A stretch of 64,000 nucleotides of DNA from Callorhinchus milii. Lineage: Eukaryota. A program made the translations under genes and the position numbers. Below, one piece after another: positions 12,850 to 24,386 of the stretch; the first letter of the stretch is position 1; each line of letters begins with the position of its first letter. The DNA lies in NCBI RefSeq assembly GCF_018977255.1, contig NW_024704743.1, positions 113,524,001 through 113,588,000 of the forward strand, given 5' to 3'. The notes under the pieces were generated by a model. The model had not been told where the DNA came from, did not search any database, and worked only from the letters and a program-made list of their open reading frames with translations.

Positions 12850-13249
12850 ATGCTTGCTCGCCTCTTAGTGGTCTACAAACGTATCCAACACTAAAACATT
12901 TAAGTTAAAAACCTGTTTCTAGTGACTGAAATTCAAACATAAATACAATTGCAACTTTGAATTTCAGAATAGTAATGATACAGATCTGAAAGGATAGGAT
13001 ATGGCATCTTTTGTGTCTAACATTAAGGTTGTTTTATATGTACTTCATATAGTTTTCCAATATCTTCCCCTCATTGAGAAATGCACTGCATTAGTGTTAA
13101 CTATTTGATGATAAATTTCTCAAAAAATACTTTACCTTCTAAAATTATATCACAAACAATTTGTCTAGACCAACTGACATGATTGGTTGTGCACTCTCTC
13201 TATAATCTGCAGAGCCTGGAAGTAGGGTAGACATTCATGTCAGTGGTGA

Positions 13250-14200
13250 GAGGAAGATAGTTAGCAATGGAGAGACGTAAGAATTTGATTTAAGTAGATT
13301 GTGAAGCCAAGAATATTGAGAAATGAAAGAGTTAGAGTGGCGGCTTTGTGGGTGAGAGGTGGTGGCTGTGTGCTAGACGTGTAAAGAACATTAAAAACGG
13401 TGTTGTTTGAAGAATTAAAAGAAAACATGTTGCAAGATTGCTTCATCAAAGGGCAGGGAGGAAATCCAGGTTTAGTGGTTCAGTCAGAACACCCCAGAAG
13501 GAGTGAAGGTTGCTGAGTGTTCTAATGAAGGGCACAGATGAAGATTGAATGGAATCAGCAAGAGTGAATAGGATTGAATGATAATTGGAAGTCATTGATG
13601 TACAAAAGGAACAAATGGGGATCTAGAAGAAACCCTGAGTTGATAGCAAAAGATTCAGAGAATGAGCCATCAAGTATAGGGTGACCAAAAATTTGTTGGT
13701 CAACTACCCATCTGTAGTTTGGTACTACCTACCAAAACTACAGTTGGGTAGTTGACCAACTACCCTATTATCTAATATATATATATCAGCATTATTTAAG
13801 ACTTATTAGACATTTTAATGGTATCAGACTTTTTGGTCACCCTGTACATTTGAGAGGAAATCAGATTCCGTAGCTATGAACAAAATGAGTGAAAATCCTT
13901 AAATTTAGAACTGAACAACTGTAAGGTCAATAGTTTCTGTGAACAAGTGGTCAGGGGGTATATAAAAAAACTGAAGAGATTCAGAAGAATGTGGGCAAGT
14001 ACATATTTTGAGGACAAAAGGAAGGTTCATTGTACAAGGACTGGAAGATCTAACAGATACGGTGAGGATAAAACCTGCTACAGTATCACTCATAATAGTG
14101 GAACATAATGAAGAGAGGTTGTTTGGCGAGTTCTTCAAGATTAGAGTTGGAAGAGAAGAGTGAGTCTGAGAGGTCACAGTTTGTGACATCATCTGAATCA
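13250..14200 (-). mobile_element. Old CR1/L2-group LINE RT relic, interrupted by a MITE
   Basis: Minus strand translates ...FLSN | LDGSFSESFAINSG..LDPHLFLLYINDF (compare SGVPQGSVLGPLLFLLYINDL), and upstream SSPCTMNLPFVLKIC (compare SPGPDGIP--VLK-C). Confidence 0.7.
13677..13844. mobile_element. Tc1/mariner-type MITE with internal palindrome
   Basis: TA|TAGGGTGACCAAAAA ... TTTTTGGTCACCCTG|TA terminal inverted repeats with TA flanks; internal inverted arms of about 30 bp at 13695-13760. Confidence 0.85.
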
Positions 14201-15790
14201 CTTAAATTACTGTTTTGTAATTTCTCCTTCCCACCCATGTATCTATTATTCTCCATATAAAAAGTCAATCAACTTGGCTCAGCTTTCAAGATTCTTAAAG
14301 ATCTTCTGCGTCTTGGGTCAGCTGAAGCAGAAGATTGAATAAAGTCAAACACTAATCCCTGGCTGAAGCCTATGGTTTTGAACTTGTGACCCACACTATT
14401 TATTTCTGCAGCAGACCTCTACTGTTGGAGCTTTCAATCCTGCAGTCTGTTACACATTAAAAGGAAAAAGGACGGGAAAAAAAGTATTCACAACTGTGAT
14501 AATGAATTTACCTCTACTGGCAAGTCAATCATCAAATTGGCAACATTAATGTACATTGATCTTTTGTCACCTTAAGCTTGCCAAAGAGTGCATTCTTCTC
14601 CAGCATGACTTAACACGTTGTAGTATCTGAACTATTTGTGAGGTTTCTTTCCGTACAAAATACTGTCATGTTCTTTCAAAGACAATATTTGATCATTTCA
14701 CAGTATCAAAAGGAAATCTTGCAATGTTTAAGTTTTTTTACAGTTCTAAAAACTTCCTGACCTGCTATGGATATGACAAGAGTTTCATTCATGAAAGAGA
14801 TACGATTCATGGCCTGAAGCTCCACTCACTTTGATAGTGAGTCTAGTTCCACTCCTTTTTTTGATGCTTTTGAAATGACCTGTTGCAAGCTAAGAACTGG
14901 TATGTCAACTTTAATGAAGGATTGTGCCCAAGGTGTTTTCTTTCATTGGATTGGGAATCTGACAACTAGCAAACCTGCTGGTGTTGGCCCTGATGCTCTT
15001 TTCACCATATTTGGATTGATCACTCCAATGTACATAACTTTGCACATATAAAAGTAGCACAAGAGACCCATATGGCTATAGTTAAACAGATTCACAAGCT
15101 GTCCTATTGTATACTTTTAACCAAATGTAACGTAAGGTTTGTCGTTGCCAGACTTAATGAACTTTCATTTGTGTCAATTTTTTTAATCACTTTCATATAA
15201 TTCAGTTTATGTCACATCGTGAGAAGATGTGGTTCATATATTTCAATGTGTGTCTTGGGTCAAACCCAAATCCTAGAGTTTATCTTGAAATTGTCTATTT
15301 GGTGCTTGAAACCATAATATTTAAGAAAAATATAAAATGTCTGTGGGGAGAATGAAAACTATGCCAGAGGCTTGCTCTGTAATTAGAGTAGATAGTAGTT
15401 AAATTGTTACCGTTGTTAAATTCTGAAGTTTTGTGGCACTCATTAATGCCATTTAACATTAAAACACTTGGATAATGTTCTGAATGGTATGGTTCACTTC
15501 CAGCTCTATGCGGACAAAATTGCAGTATTCCTAAGTGCATTCTGTTCTATCCTTATCACTGATGATAATTAAGGAACTTTAAGGAAATTAGTTAAACATG
15601 TTATTGGACACCCATTCCCTCAACCCCAACTTCAACTCCCTCTAGGCCTTTCAGAATGGATATTCCCACCATCTTTCACCATTTTTCATTTTAATATATT
15701 GAAGGAATTCCTAAGCACTAGAACTCCTTTGTTTATTGTTAATTATTTTTAGGAACCTATTTGAGGATGAAGCGTGAAATCTGTCCTCTC

Positions 15791-15873
15791 GTGAGTCCAA
15801 CCTATAACAGAGCACTGTGCTAGTAGTTGGTATTATGTGGTTACACACGTTATAGCTGTTATAGATTGAACTC
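15791..15873. repeat. Old hairpin-type interspersed repeat, copy 1
   Basis: GAGTCCAACCTATAACAG ... CTGTTATAGATTGAACTC inverted arms; loop shared with 16828-16893. Confidence 0.75.
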
Positions 15874-16827
15874 TGTTTTAACTCCTGGACTGCAGAAAAT
15901 AGCTCCAATCTTTTGACCATGATCTACTATGATACCAGGAAAATAAAATTGATTGATAAATCCTGGATTAGGCTACTTAAAAAGAGATTGGTTTTCAAGG
16001 TTGCCTTCAGCTAGAAGAATGAGACTAATGTTGATTCAAGTAACCTAACGCTGAGTATCAGTGTGTGTATATGTGTCTCTGAGATTGCAACATCCCATGG
16101 CATTAAATTGTGATTGACCAATAACTGATCATGATCTGCATTTAAGATGCAAAGTCAACATGACCAGAGGAAGGTTGTACCTATTTCTGCAGAGTTTCTG
16201 GATAGTATCACTCCCAATTGCTGTACCATTGTGCATCAAAACCCTTCAAATATCTTACAGATACGATCACCCTTGCATGGCCAAGTCTAGCAAATTCGCA
16301 AGAATAGTCAGAGTGAATTTCTTGCCTCTTTCATGAATTGCACAGGCAAATATTATTGGAATGAAATTACAATTCAACTGAATCCTTTGAGGTAATTAAG
16401 ACAGGAATTTGTGTTGGATAAAGTCGTTGTAGGTGAGACATCTTCTCACACAAAAGGAACATGCCTGTGTTCTTCTACTTTCAGATCAGTTTAATAATAC
16501 TCACCTAAATATATACCCAACATTAACAAGAGTATTGTTGAATAATTGGCAAATACGTCTATAGTGTGCAGGCGTCATGCGTAAGTGATCTAGGATAAAC
16601 TATTTCATCGAATAGTAAGGGAAAATTGATACCAATCTACTACAGTTACACTATTCAGGCCAGACTGGGTGAAACACATTAAATGGTGCTTGAGCATTGA
16701 CCAAATAATACTCACCCCATACATTGGGTGTTGGCGTCCATTGAACTGTGAAATGCCACTGTTCCTCACATGCTGGACCAGGCAATGTGAGTGTGCGTAG
16801 TAATCATTTGAGTTTTGAAAGACTCCT

Positions 16828-16893
16828 GAGCACTGCGCAAGTAGTTGGTATTATGTGGTTACACATGTTACAGTTATTATAGGTTGGACTCAC
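16828..16893. repeat. Old hairpin-type interspersed repeat, copy 2 (partial)
   Basis: GAGCACTGCGCAAGTAGTTGGTATTATGTGGTTACACATGTTACAG..TTATAGGTTGGACTCAC matches copy 1. Confidence 0.75.
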
Positions 16894-17204
16894 AACAGTA
16901 AGTAGATAAAAAGCGCTTTCAATACTCGCCACAATATGTGGATTCCAGGAGTAAAAAGAAGGCTTGTATTTGGTGTATCAACTATCACGTTGCTTTGCAG
17001 GATATTAGAATAATAATAATAATAATAATAATCACCATTGCATTTGATATAGCAAAAAAAGTATATTCCTAAACCTCCTGGATCATTATCTGGTGACCTT
17101 TACTGGAACACAATTGTATATATGTGTGTTGTGTGGGGGTATATGTGTGTGAGGGTGAGGAGAGGATTGAACTGAGTAGTAACAGCTTCTTTGATTAAAG
17201 TTAC

Positions 17205-17456
17205 TGGACATTGGTCACTCAATCCACGACTGTTTGTGGGACACTGCTGTGCGCAATTGGCTGCCGCGTTTCGCCCACAAAATAATAATAATCCTTGATT
17301 TGATATAACGCTTTATTGTGTCATTGGGATGTCTCAAAGCGTGTATATATATATATAAAAATATATACACAGTCAATGCACTTTACGGTATATTCTGTGA
17401 AGTGTTTTGAGATATGATAAGGTGCTATAATCAAGTGCAAGGATTATTATTATTAT
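17205..17456 (+). mobile_element. Truncated SINE with a nested antisense SINE tail (17281-17341)
   Basis: Body ...TTTCGCCCACAA broken by AATAATAATAATCCTTGATTTGATATAACG...CTCAAAGCG, then resumes ATACACAGTCAAT. Confidence 0.85.
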
Positions 17457-18432
17457 ATATTATATGGACATTCACTGTCCGTGGTCACACATGAGAAAAG
17501 GCCACTTGAAAAAGATGAAAGGAGGGCTTCCATTAGTTGATGTGGCCAGGAGAGAAAAGAGGAGAAGAAACCTCCACTGTGTAAATGAAGTACTAGATAT
17601 TACTGTTTACAAATTCCAGGCAGGAAACCAGTAACACTAATAAAAATAAAATAATCCTTACATTTGATACATCGCCTTTCACACCTCAAAGTGCTTCACA
17701 GAATTCACTGTAAAGTGCTGCACTCTGTATTTTGTAGCCAAATGTAGGAGCCAATTTGTGTGCAGGAAGAAAATGAAGAATGTGTTCTGCAGTAGATTTT
17801 ACCCTTTATGTGAAACTACCATCTGCTAAAGTTGTTTTCAATCAAAATTATGAGAATAAGCCTAGAGTTAATAAATGTAATGGACGCAGTCCATGCTTTC
17901 ATTTTTCACTCTGCAACAAGACTAAATGCTCTGCACACATAGCTGACAAGCTAATGTCACATATGTACTGCTCATTATACTTCCATCAAACCTCCCCCAT
18001 GACCTACTTGAGTCTTATCCATGGCAGCAGTCCATTAGGTCATACAAAATTAATGTTGCATTTCTTAAAGGAGGACAACTCGCACTGTGGCTATTGTGAC
18101 TGTGAAAGAGAATGAGAAAGAAAAAAGGAGTAAATTTAAAAACAAGTCACAAAACAGGTGAAAACTTAATAGTCCCACAGTTATTGCTATGAATAATGAA
18201 AATTTCAAGTCATACAATACAAATGTTGGTGTATGCAAATATTTTGTTTAGTCATTGTCTTGCTATACTTTGATGAACTGCAGTGTTCAGTACGAAAATG
18301 TGATGTTTTTATTCTGTTTTATTAATTAAAAGTTTTACACTGCAGTCTAAGAAAGACTTGTCCCTTTCAATCTGCGCCAATATTTGTCAGAATTGGGTAA
18401 GGAAGATTTATCACTCCAGGGAGAGTGTAGAC

Positions 18433-18506
18433 ACAGAGAAATTTCCACGTGTGGGTAACATACAATGGTTTGGATACTCCTAAGCATGGTTTCTGCACGT
18501 GTCAGA
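18433..18506 (-). repeat. Palindromic repeat family, partial copy (see 42038 and 45505)
   Basis: Reverse complement TCTGACACGTGCAGAAACCATGCTTAGGAGTATCCAAACC matches the 42048 and 45515 copies. Confidence 0.7.
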
Positions 18507-18539
18507 TTCCTAGTAACCAAGCAAACATCTTGAAGTCTC

Positions 18540-18720
18540 ACTCCATGGTTGAGTCTCACTTCATAGCTGTTTGTGTGACATTGTTCCTCACAAGTAGCTG
18601 CTGCATTTCGCCCACAAAATACACCGGCAATCTACTTTACAGTATATCCTGTGAAGAGCTTTGAGACTTCTCAATGGCATGAAAAGCACTATATCAAATG
18701 CAAGAATTATTATTATTATT
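18540..18720 (+). mobile_element. Truncated SINE
   Basis: CACTTCATAGCTGTTTGTG...CGCCCACAAAATAC...ATCAAATGCAAGAATTATTATT. Confidence 0.85.
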
Positions 18721-18769
18721 GAAAATGCTCAAAAATGTACTGTCTGTTAGCACTTACTGAAACTCTTAC

Positions 18770-18927
18770 CTTGTTTTCATTATTACAATATACTGTGTAC
18801 CTTTGGAAAGGAAATGGAAAGTTTGCTGAGTAAAAAATCCACATGGGATACAGGCTCTCCGACATCACTTAGAAATGAGATACAGCAGCCAGCACCTCAA
18901 AGAAGCAAGCTCATACACGTCATTATT
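18770..18927 (-). other. Candidate exon (UTR, non-coding or start-containing) of an unidentified minus-strand transcript
   Basis: Acceptor TGTTTTCCTTTGTTTCAG and donor AAG/GTAAGA; no frame is open across the whole exon. Confidence 0.3.
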
Positions 18928-20499
18928 CTGAAACAAAGGAAAACATTATAACATTGGATATATATATATATCCTGCCAGGTTGACAGAATAAAATAAATA
19001 TGCTCTATGAAACATTAGGAAACAAAAGAAGGGATTAAAAGGATTATCTTCAAAATTCAAATAGAAATAGATATTTTATTGGCCATTAATGGCTGCAAAA
19101 TTCCACCTAAATCTGCTGAAAATGAACCATATCTTCGTTTTTCTTGTCTCGGATATAATGGATTTTAGCTCAGAAGGCAAGGAAAACAAAGATAAAATGA
19201 AGCAGAAAATAAAGCAAGCATCTGTGTTAGGGGTGCTATATAAGTGCACGTTGTTGTTGTGTTCTGCCAAATAGAATAGTGAAGGTGTACAGGAAGAGAA
19301 TATCAGGGATGAGCTTTGATTTGACCTGCAAATTATTTTTCAGCGTTGGTTCTGGATGTTTTAAATTTAATCTTAATTTGGAGGCCAATTTTCCACTCTA
19401 CTGAAAAATAAGTGTGGACGATCGGATTTCAGATTATGACCGAGTTTAAGACTGTTTTAAAATTCTGCACAAACTTATATTGGTCTCAAAGCTGAGTACG
19501 TAGGATGTTTTGGGCCCATCACATGTCTGCATTTTCTCACACTAAAGAAGTGAGATCATATGGTAACAATGATAACCTCCACCTGCACTTAAACCATAAG
19601 TTAAGGAGCAGAAGGCCTGATTGAATGAGTTAACCATCTTACCCAGTAGGAATTTTTTTTAACCCCTTTCGTGGCACCCTAGAAGTTTGCTCCAAACCAA
19701 ATTGACTCAAACTGAATCTGAGTAGTGTAAAGGTTTGCTTGATAGCAGCACTCTGATGAATCCAATCCTTAATATTCCTGCATCTATTATTTCTAGTAGT
19801 CTGTCTAATATTTTAATATGATTATGACAAAGATAATGAATGCTGACAAAAGCATGCTTGTTAAAGAAAGGCTGGTATATTCACTGACCTTATTAATCCA
19901 CCCAGAAGCAAAATACTTGTATTCATAGCTTATCAACCATTTGACTTTTGTTCCTACATCCATTTCTGTCATGAGCATTTCCGACTGATGTGGCCAGCAG
20001 TGTTGCTGAAGGCTTATCCTGTCAAACAACCAGGAAGGATTGCACCAAGTGAACAGTAGCTATATTGTTTTACCTGCTATTAATGAACGGATAGTACGGG
20101 TCCCTTGTCATTAACTCTGGTGCAATCCTGAATGAAGCTAGCAAGGTGGAACACACCTGCAAATCAGGAAGGACACTTTTCTTTTTAAAAAAACCTCAGG
20201 CATTGTTGAGGGCAAGAACTGGATCATACTTTGCTGAAAGTATCTTGACATTTCAAGGGCATTTTTTTTCAGGTGCGTATTTATGTGTATGTATAACATA
20301 TAAATGAAGAACACAGAAGCACATCTGAAATGTTTTTGTGGACATTCCAAGTACTAGTCTCTCATTTCAGATTAACTTTTAGACTGTAGCCTTAACATAT
20401 TCATTTATTAATTCACTCAACATTTTCATTTATTACAGTAATCTGCATTTGGTTAGCCAGATGGACAGATTATTTAGCAATGCTGGCCAAAAATACTCT

Positions 20500-20672
20500 G
20501 AATAAAATTGGTCATTCATTTCATGGCTGTTTGTGGGTCATTGCTGTGGACAAATTGGCTTCTGCATTCACCTACAAAATACACTCCACTTTACAATAAA
20601 TCCTGTTAAGCGCTTGGAGACATCTCCCTGATGTAAAAGGCGCTTTATTCAAAAGCAAGGATTATTATTATA
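20500..20672 (+). mobile_element. Truncated SINE
   Basis: AAATTGGTCATTCATTTCATGGCTGTTTGTGGG...GCAAGGATTATTATT. Confidence 0.85.
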
Positions 20673-21767
20673 GAAGCCAGGCTGTGGTAGCTGTTCCATG
20701 GCTCATATCATTTGAGGGAGTCCTATACCCTTAGCTGTCCTTTCTTTGACAGAAGTGTTTTATCTGATGCAGTATCAGATGGCCTGTTGATCATTCAGAC
20801 ATCAAAGAGAATCCATGCTGATAACTCCAAGGTGGTCTTTGTTGCTGTAAGTGATGAGGTTGCTTGTCATTGGGATTGCAGTATTAAGGAGTCCATCTGA
20901 ACCCAATGTTTTCTTCAGTCCAGTTGATAATGATCATCCCTCGGTTTAAGTGTCAGAGAGCTGTGCTCAGTTGTAACCCCAAAGTGACAATCTTTGATTA
21001 AAATTTACTGTGGTAAAATATCTGGCTGTGAACTTGTATTTTCATCCAGATGGTATGCAAACTGTTCAGCAGCTAGGAACTAATGCTGCCACTTGGATTG
21101 AGGAATACAGAGATGCGCAAGTCTCTAAATGCAACAAGGCCAATGGAGATCAAAGCTCGGAACCATTTATGTTAGATATCATCTTTCTGGAGCAAGTGAG
21201 CATGATGTTTTTGTGATGCAGTAATGTGGAAACAGGCAAATAAGCAGGTGAGTCACCAGTGAGAGAATGCTGTCAGGACATGGCGAGTGCAGATGAGCTT
21301 CAAAATTAGGCAGGGTAAGTGGTTTTAGTTGGTGGCCGAGAAAACTTTTTGATCTGCCCTCCAAACATAAACACGGTAAATAATTGTTTTTGACTAAATC
21401 AGGCAGCCTCAGATGTCTTGCATTTCAACTGGCACCTTATCTCAGAGCTCCAATACAATCCTTTTCTGTCACCAGTAACCTGTAACCATATAAGAGGTGC
21501 TCTTGTTTGCACATCTGCATCCCTTCAGAAAAGTAGTTTCATCACTTTGGAAGGCAGCACAAAGCTACAGCATTCATGAGATTTAAATATCAATATTCAT
21601 CACGGACACTGAATAGAAAATTAGAAACCATGAGGATACTTAATGGGCCTACGGCTTTTAATACATAGGGGGAAGAGTATGGTGTGGGGAGCGGAGGTCG
21701 GTGTGTGCATGGGGGAGGAGAGGGTGGGTGGGGTGGGCACAGGTGACAGGGCGGTGGGGTGGGATGG

Positions 21768-21933
21768 TGACTTCAGCTCGCCTCTCGACTCTACCCGCTC
21801 CTCGCTCCCTTCATTCCCTCTCCTCACCCTGACCATTTCCCCTCTGCTCGGGTTCCGACCCAACTATCCAGTGCCTTGGGACATCCTCCCGACATGAAAG
21901 GCGCTCTATAAATGAAATCTTGTTGTTGTTGTT
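21768..21933 (+). mobile_element. L2 3' end with (GTT)n tail
   Basis: CTTCAGCTCGCCTCTCGACTC...CACCCTGACCATTTCCCC...ATAAATGAAATCTTGTTGTTG. Confidence 0.9.
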
Positions 21934-22124
21934 GTGACAGAGACAGTGGAGACATAAAGTGGATGCACATGAGTAAGGTTTGTCAGCAGAGCAATATTTG
22001 TCTGCTCAAATATCTGCTGCCTTAAAGCTTTGAAACCTTTCAGTACTGTACCACTAGAACTGTTTTGTCACCTCTAATATGACAGCTTCATCCTGACCCT
22101 CTTCATCCTGACCCTTTGCAATTG

Positions 22125-22345
22125 CAATACAGTTTACATTTTTACAGCGCATTTCACATCAGGAGGATGTCTCAAAGCGCTTGACATTGCTGACTGGATA
22201 CCCAACCTGGAGGTGGGAGCTGAGCTGGGTGGGTGAGGAAACATTACCGAAAGCATGGTCAAAGAGGAATGTTTTGAGACAGGCCTTGAATGAGGGGAGG
22301 TAAGGAGTGAATCAAAGGGACTCTGGGATGGAGTTCCAAACCTAT
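22125..22345 (-). mobile_element. L2 3' end
   Basis: TTACATTTTTACAGCGCATTTCACATCAGGAGGATGTC...GGTCAAAGAGGAATGTTTTGAGAC...GGGATGGAGTTCCA. Confidence 0.8.
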
Positions 22346-23154
22346 GTTCATAAGAGCTCTGTTCATGTGTCGAGAGTTTCGACTTATATTAAAGTGATAG
22401 GAACAGTACCGGCCCATTCTGAGTTGGCTAATTTCAGCCAGGCAGCAACAGGGGTGCTAAAACTGATCTTTGTTAGCCTTCATATTCCTGCAATCTCTAT
22501 CGCAAGCTGGTTGTTTGTGGGGGTGTGTGGGTGTAGGTGTGTGTGTGTGTATCGACATGGGATGTAGCCAGGTTCAGGCTCAGCTTCGAAACTTCCTGCA
22601 GTCAAATAGTCCACTGACACTCAAGGTTCACGCATGACACTTAGGCAAGATACTGAAAGGCATCTGGTGCTTGTAGAACTCTGCCACATAGAGAATACAA
22701 ATGCCTCGAGGGCAGGAGTGAAGGGGGAGAGAATTGGAGAGAGGATAAAAGAAAGTTAGGTCAGCTTCTGTAAGACGATGTACAATATGTGGCACTATTT
22801 GGGTTAATGTTGAGTTTTTCCTGAAGCCCTTTAGCCTAAGTACTGGCATCCTGCATAGTGAAGGTCAGACACACCACCCTGTTGTCTGCAGTCTGTCGTC
22901 CTATGAGAAAGTCTGCAGTAATCTGACAGCATGTAGTTAATACAAATTTCACTTTAAAATCCTGGAGATTTAAGGTTGAAGAGCATGAGCTTCAGGAATG
23001 ATTCTGATGTCAAGTCCTTATGAGTTTGTCACTACCTTCAGGCCGAAAATGAGGAAAAGCACCAAGATCTCTATTTAAACCAGAATACTGATTTGAAAAA
23101 AGTAGCAGAAACTGTAACTATTTTGGACTTTCTAGTTCAAGAGTTCTTGTAGGT

Positions 23155-23480
23155 GTTAACCTGGCTCAGTGGTAGCAGTCTCTTTGCTTGTTCTGGTAGA
23201 CGTTAAAAATCCCATGGCAGTATTTTAAAAGAGAAGGCATCTGGTGCTTGTAGAACTCTGCCACATAGAGAATACAAATGCCTCAACAATCTCCCAGATA
23301 AAAAAAACTAGTTAATTCGCTTCATAACTATTCGTGAGACATTGCTGTGTGCAAATCGGCGGCTGAGTTTGTCTACAAAGTACACAGTTACTACACTTTA
23401 CAGTAAACCCTGTGAAGTACTTTGAATGATCCTCCTGACGTGAAAGACACTATATCAAATGCAAGGATTATTAATATTAC
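23155..23480 (+). mobile_element. Internally deleted family A SINE carrying a 51-bp insert copied from 22657-22707
   Basis: CCTGGCTCAGTGGTAGCA head, GACGTTAAAAATCCCATGGCA core, tail ATCAAATGCAAGGATTATT. Confidence 0.85.
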
Positions 23481-24069
23481 ACGTAAAAGTTTATTCGCAA
23501 TTAATTGTGCCTCAGAAATTAGCAGCAAATTTACTCTTTAATTTCTAAATCTTAAAATGTACAGCTGTATGTAATTGGTTAGTGGAACTCAAATGAATCA
23601 TATTATTCTGATGTTTCATTGAGCCTTAAGCAAAATATTGAGTTTAACAGCACTGACCATGTGAACAGGGAACAGTTAGCTCTGTGACTTGTGATCCCAT
23701 AATATAACAAACCAACCCAGTAGTATTCCTGTTAAATTGCTATTGGTTAGTTATAATAATTTTTGCATTAAATATAGTGCTTTATCACATCTTTGAGTTG
23801 TCTCAAAGCACTTTGCAGGATTTATTGTGAAGAGTTTCACAGGATTTACTCTAAAGGATAGTGACTGTATATTTGGTAGGCAAACACAGCAGTTAATTTG
23901 TGCACTGCAATTTTCCACAAACAGTCATGAAGTGTGCAACTAGTTTTCTCTGGTTTGTTAGTGCTTCACTGTTTTTCTTTCAAAATCTTACCCTCAATTT
24001 GAGACACCCCAGTGTCAAAATCTCCTTCAATCAGTTTGATCAGAAGGTCTATTTCACATTCAAACAACA

Positions 24070-24386
24070 AGTCCTGTAGCTCAGTGGTTAGAGCACTCGC
24101 TTTGAAAATGAGAGACCTGAGTTCAATTCCAGGCAGGGCGAAACCTTGGGCAAGGTTCCTTACTCCACATGCCTAATAATAATCCCTCCAAAACCAAAAA
24201 CAATAATAAATTGGTCATTTTCAATCTGCAACTGTTTGTGGGACATTGCTGTGCGCAATTGGCTGCCGCATTCGCCCACAAATATACAGTCAATTCACTT
24301 TACAGTGTGTTCTGTGAAACGCTTTGGGACGTCCTCCCGACGTGAAAAGTGCTATATCAAATGCAAGGATTATTATTATTATTATT
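24070..24386 (+). mobile_element. SINE family B, short subtype
   Basis: AGTCCTGTAGCTCAGTGGTTAGAGCAC...CTCCACATGCCT|AATAATAATCCCTC...ATCAAATGCAAGG(ATT)n. Confidence 0.93.

Noticed and set aside
14280..15200. Repeat-free stretch with coding-like composition
   Set aside because: Frequent stops and no motif I can assign; needs blastx
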